A stretch of 46,323 nucleotides of DNA. It comes from a virus. Taxonomy: Duplodnaviria; Caudoviricetes. Each line of letters begins with the position of its first letter. The first letter of the stretch is position 1. The notes beneath the pieces were generated by a model. The model did no database searches and was not told the origin of the DNA. It saw nothing but the letters and a program-made list of their open reading frames with translations. Shown here piece after piece: positions 41,751 to 46,323 of the stretch. The DNA lies in the IMG/VR virus record IMGVR_UViG_3300012347_000178, positions 1-46,323 of that record. One strand, 5' to 3'. The translations under genes were made by a program, and so were the position numbers.

Positions 41751-44294
41751 ATGGCTTTTGCACTTCCTGCAATACTTTCTACTGCAATGGGCGTAATCGG
41801 CGCTGGTTCTGTTGCAGCCTTTAGCTTTATGGGTTTTGTGGGTGCAGGGGCTATTGCAGCCAGCCTCTTGGTTTCTACTGCTATGGGTGCTGCCCTTAAT
41901 GCCCTCACACCTAAGCCAAGGATTTCTACAGCTTCTAGAGGCTACAGCATTAACGGTGAAAGTGGTGCTGCACTAGATCATCAAATCATCTATGGCACTG
42001 TCCGAGTTGGTGGTGTTCGTGTCTATGATGCTTCTACAGGGACCAACAACAACTTCCTGCATCGTATCATCGCTTATGCTGGACACCAGATCAATGGCTA
42101 TGACTACATCTACTTGAATGATGAAATTGTCACTCTGGATGGTTCTGGTAACGTCATTTCCCCTGCACGTTACAATGGCTATGTCCGCATCAAGCGTTAC
42201 TATGGTACAGCCGCACAGACTGCCGATCCTGATCTGATTGCTGAAACCGCTGCTTTGACAGATGGTAAATGGACTAGCGCACACAGGCTTCAAGGGATTG
42301 CCTACCTCTATGTACGCTTCCAGTACAATGCAGACGTTTTCCCTAATGGAATCCCTACGGTATCGGCTACTATCAGTGGTAAACCTGTCTATGACCCTCG
42401 TACTGGTCTGACAACCTACTCAAATAACCCTGCACTTTGCTTGCGTGACTACCTGACCTCGGATCACGGTTTTGCACAGCCTGCTTCGCGTATCTCTGAT
42501 ACTCAGGTTATCACTGCCGCAAATATCTGTGATGAATTGGTCAATGGCAACAAACGCTATACTTGTGATGGCAGTTTTGTAACTTCCTTTGCCCCTAACC
42601 AAATCTTGTCTGACATGCTCACCTCTATGGGTGGTTTGTTGTGGTACTCGCAAGGCAAGTGGCGAATGAAGGCTGCTAAGTATGTGACGCCAACCGTTAC
42701 CTTGGATGAAGGTGATCTTCGTTCTGGTCTGACACTTTCCACTCGTCACTCTCGTAGGTCCAACTTCAATACGATCAAAGGCACTTTCAAAGGTGCTGAA
42801 TCTGATTGGCAAGAGGCTGATTACCCTGCGATTACAAGTTCTGTGTACTTGACTGCTGACAACAACATCGTAAGCACACTTGACTATCCGTTGCCTTTCA
42901 CAACTTCCTCTGTGACTGCACAACGTATTGCCAACATTGCTCTGCGTCGTAACAGGGAACAACTGACCTTCTCGGCCAGCTTTGGTCTGAAAGCCTTGCA
43001 AGTTGAAGTGGGCGATTTTGTCTATATCAACAACACAAGGTTTGGTTGGTCCAACAAAGTCTTTGAAGTCACCAACTGGTCCTTTGGTCTTGTTGATGGT
43101 CTTGATCTTCAAGTTCAACTGACCCTTCGTGAAATCAGTTCTGCTGTCTTTACGGATGAAGACCCTGCTGTCTTTGAAACTAACAACACAAACCTTCCTA
43201 GTGCTTTCTATGTCGAACCTGTTGGTTTGGTGTTGTCTAGCGAAGTTCGTGTTGTTAACGAAAACGTGTACGATGTTATCGTTGCTAAAGTGACAGCTAC
43301 ACAACCTGTTAACGTGGAACGTGTTGAAGTTCAATATAAGCGTTCTGGTGACAGTGTGTGGAATGTGGGTGGTGTTGGTGATCTTGGCTCTTACGAAGTC
43401 ATTGCTGTTGACAGCACAAGCATGTATGATGTTCGTGCTAGGTCTTACTCTTTCCTTGGTGTAAAGAGTGATTGGGTCTATGTCAATGGCTTCCAGCCTA
43501 CAGGTTTGTTGGCTCCCCCTTCAAACGTGTCTGGATTTAGTGCTAACGTCAATGGTGCATCTATCAACCTTGGTTGGACCGCTGTACCTGATCTTGACTT
43601 GTCTTACTACATTGTTCGACATGCTCTTGAAGAAGTTAGTGCTACCTTTGCCAATGCTACAACGGCTGTGGAAAAGGTTAGTCGTCCTGCTACGTCTGTT
43701 GCTATTCCTGCAAGACCGGGAACCTACTTTATCCGCTCTTACGATAAGTCAGGTAACGCATCCCTTTTGGCAACACCTGTTGTTGTCCGAAGCCAAACAC
43801 TTGAGACTTTCACTAACAATCTCACGCTTACAGATAGCCCTACCTTCACAGGTACAAAGACAGGGTGTTCTGTAACAAGTGGTCAGCTTCGCATCACAAC
43901 AACAAGCCCTGCACCTACAAGTGCTACCTATCAATTTAGCAATTACATTGATACTGGTGCTGTGCGTAGGGTCCGCTCTAGGATTGACATCAATACTAAC
44001 CGTTTTGATGCTAATGCTGGTTTGTGGGATGCAATGCCGGGTAATTGGGATAGTTGGGCTGGCCTTTGGGATGACTGGACGGGTGGTAGTCAGTTTGCTG
44101 ATACTGATGTACTTTCGTATATCTCTATCACAGAAGACGACCCTGCTGGTACTCCTACTTGGTCTGATTGGCAACTGTACAAGGCGGGTGACTTTTATGG
44201 TCGAGCCTTCCGTTTCAGGATCGAACTTAAATCTACAACGGCTGGTGTGTCGCCTAGTATTTCTGGCCTCACTGCAAGAATCCAATATAACTAA
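41751..44294 (+). CDS. Central tail tip/host-specificity protein (gpJ-like, FN3 domains)
   Basis: IIYG.VRVGG, GIAYLYVR, G.P.YDPR, NPALCLRDYL, VEVGD; FN3-like C-half. Confidence 0.85.
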   Translation: MAFALPAILSTAMGVIGAGSVAAFSFMGFVGAGAIAASLLVSTAMGAALNALTPKPRISTASRGYSINGESGAALDHQIIYGTVRVGGVRVYDASTGTNNNFLHRIIAYAGHQINGYDYIYLNDEIVTLDGSGNVISPARYNGYVRIKRYYGTAAQTADPDLIAETAALTDGKWTSAHRLQGIAYLYVRFQYNADVFPNGIPTVSATISGKPVYDPRTGLTTYSNNPALCLRDYLTSDHGFAQPASRISDTQVITAANICDELVNGNKRYTCDGSFVTSFAPNQILSDMLTSMGGLLWYSQGKWRMKAAKYVTPTVTLDEGDLRSGLTLSTRHSRRSNFNTIKGTFKGAESDWQEADYPAITSSVYLTADNNIVSTLDYPLPFTTSSVTAQRIANIALRRNREQLTFSASFGLKALQVEVGDFVYINNTRFGWSNKVFEVTNWSFGLVDGLDLQVQLTLREISSAVFTDEDPAVFETNNTNLPSAFYVEPVGLVLSSEVRVVNENVYDVIVAKVTATQPVNVERVEVQYKRSGDSVWNVGGVGDLGSYEVIAVDSTSMYDVRARSYSFLGVKSDWVYVNGFQPTGLLAPPSNVSGFSANVNGASINLGWTAVPDLDLSYYIVRHALEEVSATFANATTAVEKVSRPATSVAIPARPGTYFIRSYDKSGNASLLATPVVVRSQTLETFTNNLTLTDSPTFTGTKTGCSVTSGQLRITTTSPAPTSATYQFSNYIDTGAVRRVRSRIDINTNRFDANAGLWDAMPGNWDSWAGLWDDWTGGSQFADTDVLSYISITEDDPAGTPTWSDWQLYKAGDFYGRAFRFRIELKSTTAGVSPSISGLTARIQYN

Positions 44295-44305
44295 GGGAAC
44301 CCGAT

Positions 44306-45022
44306 ATGTCTCAACATGACTATATCATTGACAACCAGTCTGCACCCGCTGCAAGGGCCGATATCAACAGTGCTTTGGCAGCTATTGTAACTCAAAACTC
44401 AGGGGCTACGGCCCCGACTACAACATACGCTGATATGATTTGGTATGATACTGCCAACAACCAGATCAAGAAGCGCAACGAAGCTAATAGTGCTTGGATT
44501 ACTCTTGGCACTATTAACGAATCGACTGGCAAGTTTGATCCTAACGCATCCTTCACCGCTGTTGAACAGGGTGGTGGGGCTGGAATGGGAACTAACAAGG
44601 TTCGTATCGGTTGGGGTACATCCTCAAACTTGATTGCTCAAGTAGATGCAACTACAGTTGGTGATCTTGTTCGTAGGATGGATTCTTACACTATTGGGGG
44701 CAACTCTGAACTAATTGCTCCCGGTACTCCCCCTTTGTATGCCGCCCGCTCTTGGGTCAACTTCAATGGTACTGGTACTGTTGCTGTAAGAGCAAGTGGT
44801 AACGTGTCATCCATCACTGATAATGGTATTGGAAACTACACAATCGCTTTTTCTATCGCCATGCCTGATGCCAACTATGTTGTGTCTGGCAGTGTTATCG
44901 CAAGTTTTGGCGGCGCTTCGCTAGGGACTATTAGTCAAACTGCCTCTGGTGTTCAAATTGCAACTTCCTCTAGTGCTGGTGCATTTGACCCTTCCCAAGT
45001 CCATGTTGTTATTCACAGGTAA
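44306..45022 (+). CDS. Tail fibre / receptor-binding protein
   Basis: SQHDYII.NQ..RADIN.AL N-terminus; ARSWVNFNG..NVSSITDNG.G.Y C-terminus. Confidence 0.8.
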   Translation: MSQHDYIIDNQSAPAARADINSALAAIVTQNSGATAPTTTYADMIWYDTANNQIKKRNEANSAWITLGTINESTGKFDPNASFTAVEQGGGAGMGTNKVRIGWGTSSNLIAQVDATTVGDLVRRMDSYTIGGNSELIAPGTPPLYAARSWVNFNGTGTVAVRASGNVSSITDNGIGNYTIAFSIAMPDANYVVSGSVIASFGGASLGTISQTASGVQIATSSSAGAFDPSQVHVVIHR

Positions 45023-45026
45023 TCAA

Positions 45027-45260
45027 ATGCAAGTAATCGTCTTCCCGAATGAAAATGGCGTAGCTATCATGTACCCTGCACCTGAATTTGCAGATCAAAT
45101 TGAGGCTGTTGCCAAAAAAGACGTTCCCGCTGATACACCCTATCGTATCATGGATGTTAAAGACCTTCCCTCTAGAGAAACCCGTGACTTGTGGTTCTGG
45201 ACAGAGGAAGGCCCACTTGGTGTCAAAGAGCCTGTTGTAGTTGATGCAGTAGCACAGTAA
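45027..45260 (+). CDS. Tail-fibre-associated small protein/chaperone
   Basis: GVAIM.PA..AKKDVP...Y.I....LP..R..W; follows the fibre gene. Confidence 0.65.
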   Translation: MQVIVFPNENGVAIMYPAPEFADQIEAVAKKDVPADTPYRIMDVKDLPSRETRDLWFWTEEGPLGVKEPVVVDAVAQ

Positions 45261-45272
45261 AGGATAACAACA

Positions 45273-45746
45273 ATGTCCATTAAGAACAAAGTAGCTACAG
45301 GGGTCACTGTTGCAGTCTTGGCCCTAGCAACCCCATTCATTGCTAAGTGGGAAGGTCTGGAAACTACAGCTTACAAGGACATTGTTGGTGTTCCTACTGT
45401 TTGTTATGGTGAAACCCGTGGCGTAAAGATGGGTGACACATATACCAAAGAACAGTGTTTCCAAATGCTCACTAAGGCTGTAGGTGATTACTACAAAGAC
45501 TTGCAGCCTTACATGAAGAACCAGAATATCCCGGTAGGGGTTCAAGCCTCTTTGTTGGAATTGGCCTATAACGTAGGTGTCAACAAAGCTGGTACATCGA
45601 CCATGATGAACCTCGCCAACCAAGGGAAGTACAAGGAAGCCTGCAAGGAACTACGCAAGTGGGTCAAAGCTGACGGTCAGACTGTACAGGGTCTTGTGAA
45701 TAGACGTTCAGATAGCAAAGTCCAACTCTGCATGAAGGGTCTATGA
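45273..45746 (+). CDS. SAR endolysin (GH24 lysozyme)
   Basis: N-terminal weakly hydrophobic SAR segment; E-x8-D-x5-T triad (WEGLETTAYKDIVGVPT); GLVNRR. Confidence 0.92.
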   Translation: MSIKNKVATGVTVAVLALATPFIAKWEGLETTAYKDIVGVPTVCYGETRGVKMGDTYTKEQCFQMLTKAVGDYYKDLQPYMKNQNIPVGVQASLLELAYNVGVNKAGTSTMMNLANQGKYKEACKELRKWVKADGQTVQGLVNRRSDSKVQLCMKGL

Positions 45747-46066
45747 TGAAAGCACTAGCCATACTTATCTTTATTGGTTTGGCTGGTTGTGGCGGTCCAC
45801 TTAGTCTTCTTACAGGCGGTGGGCCTAATGTTGCAGCCAACGTACAAGCTGGAAAAGAGAATGTACAACAGGCTGTCTTTAAGCAGGAACGCATAGAGGC
45901 TGGCCGAGACGTTGTACAACAGACGACCCCTGTTACCGCAGGCACTATTGAGAAGATCAATGTACAACAAACACCAGTCTGGATGATCCTGCTTCTTATC
46001 CTTGGGTGGTTGTTGCCATCCCCTAATGAAATTGCAAGAGGTATCAGGGGAATCTTCAAGAAATGA
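45743..46066 (+). CDS. Putative unimolecular spanin
   Basis: Lipobox LAGC plus C-terminal TM segment VWMILLLILGWLL; follows the endolysin. Confidence 0.7.
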   Translation: MMKALAILIFIGLAGCGGPLSLLTGGGPNVAANVQAGKENVQQAVFKQERIEAGRDVVQQTTPVTAGTIEKINVQQTPVWMILLLILGWLLPSPNEIARGIRGIFKK

Positions 46067-46305
46067 ACTATTTGGAATACTTTGTAGGGGCGGCAGTATC
46101 GTCCATCTTTGCAGGGATCACATGGTTGATCCGAAGGGTGCTTACTAATGAGAAGCAGATTGCACTTCTTCAATCAGAAATCAAAGATAGGGATATTCGT
46201 CGTCAAGAAGATCGGGAGATTATGCAGGAAATCAAATCCGATCTTAAAGAGGTAAAGCGAGATATCATCGACCTTTACAAGCGTGATCCAGAGAGCAAAG
46301 CATAA
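46063..46305 (+). CDS. Putative holin (single TM plus coiled coil)
   Basis: N-terminal TM segment; last gene of the lysis cassette. Confidence 0.5.
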   Translation: MNYLEYFVGAAVSSIFAGITWLIRRVLTNEKQIALLQSEIKDRDIRRQEDREIMQEIKSDLKEVKRDIIDLYKRDPESKA

Positions 46306-46323
46306 AGAAAAACCCCGACAGGA
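46269..46323. repeat. Terminal direct repeat, identical to 1-55
   Basis: Exact match. Confidence 0.95.

Noticed and set aside
1-46323. Lysogeny module, phage RNA polymerase, DGR/retron reverse transcriptase, DNA hypermodification cluster, stop-codon reassignment
   Set aside because: No integrase, repressor, RNAP or RT motifs were seen; no modification pathway beyond one MTase; genes tile cleanly in the standard code

Overview
The window is a complete, circularly assembled dsDNA tailed-phage genome of about 46,268 bp. Bases 1-55 are repeated exactly at 46269-46323, which looks like an assembler overlap. There are two divergent arms. The minus-strand arm (about 19.8 kb down to 0.08 kb) carries many small early genes, a T7-like replication set (primase-helicase, family A DNA polymerase, SSB, gp6-like exonuclease, endonuclease I) and nucleotide-metabolism genes (ThyX, class II ribonucleotide reductase, glutaredoxin, MazG-like, PhoH, adenine MTase, metallophosphoesterase). 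The plus-strand arm (about 22.6-46.3 kb) carries two tRNAs, terminase, portal, a fibre-like cassette inside the head module, a multidomain prohead protease, capsid, a non-contractile tail with a -1 frameshifted chaperone, and a SAR-endolysin/u-spanin/holin cassette. The arms meet at a bidirectional terminator. A 2.6-kb central block (19.8-22.6 kb) holds hairpins, repeat arrays and five plus-strand genes and may contain the physical genome ends. I found no integrase, repressor or RNA polymerase, so the phage is probably lytic and uses host RNAP. Promoter features (TGATTCG/GANTC boxes, -10 elements lacking -7T) suggest an alphaproteobacterial, probably Rhodobacteraceae, host; this is inference. 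The main leads are: GcrA/CcrM-type boxes at a fixed position in early promoters; a possible ruler-and-subunit head filament cassette; an RNA hairpin whose loop is complementary to the start regions of several late genes; a homing endonuclease that ends in a copy of the RNR C-terminus; four parS half-sites in a palindrome; and a catalytically dead HNH beside a 14-bp iteron-like array. All family assignments come from motifs recognised by eye, not from database searches.
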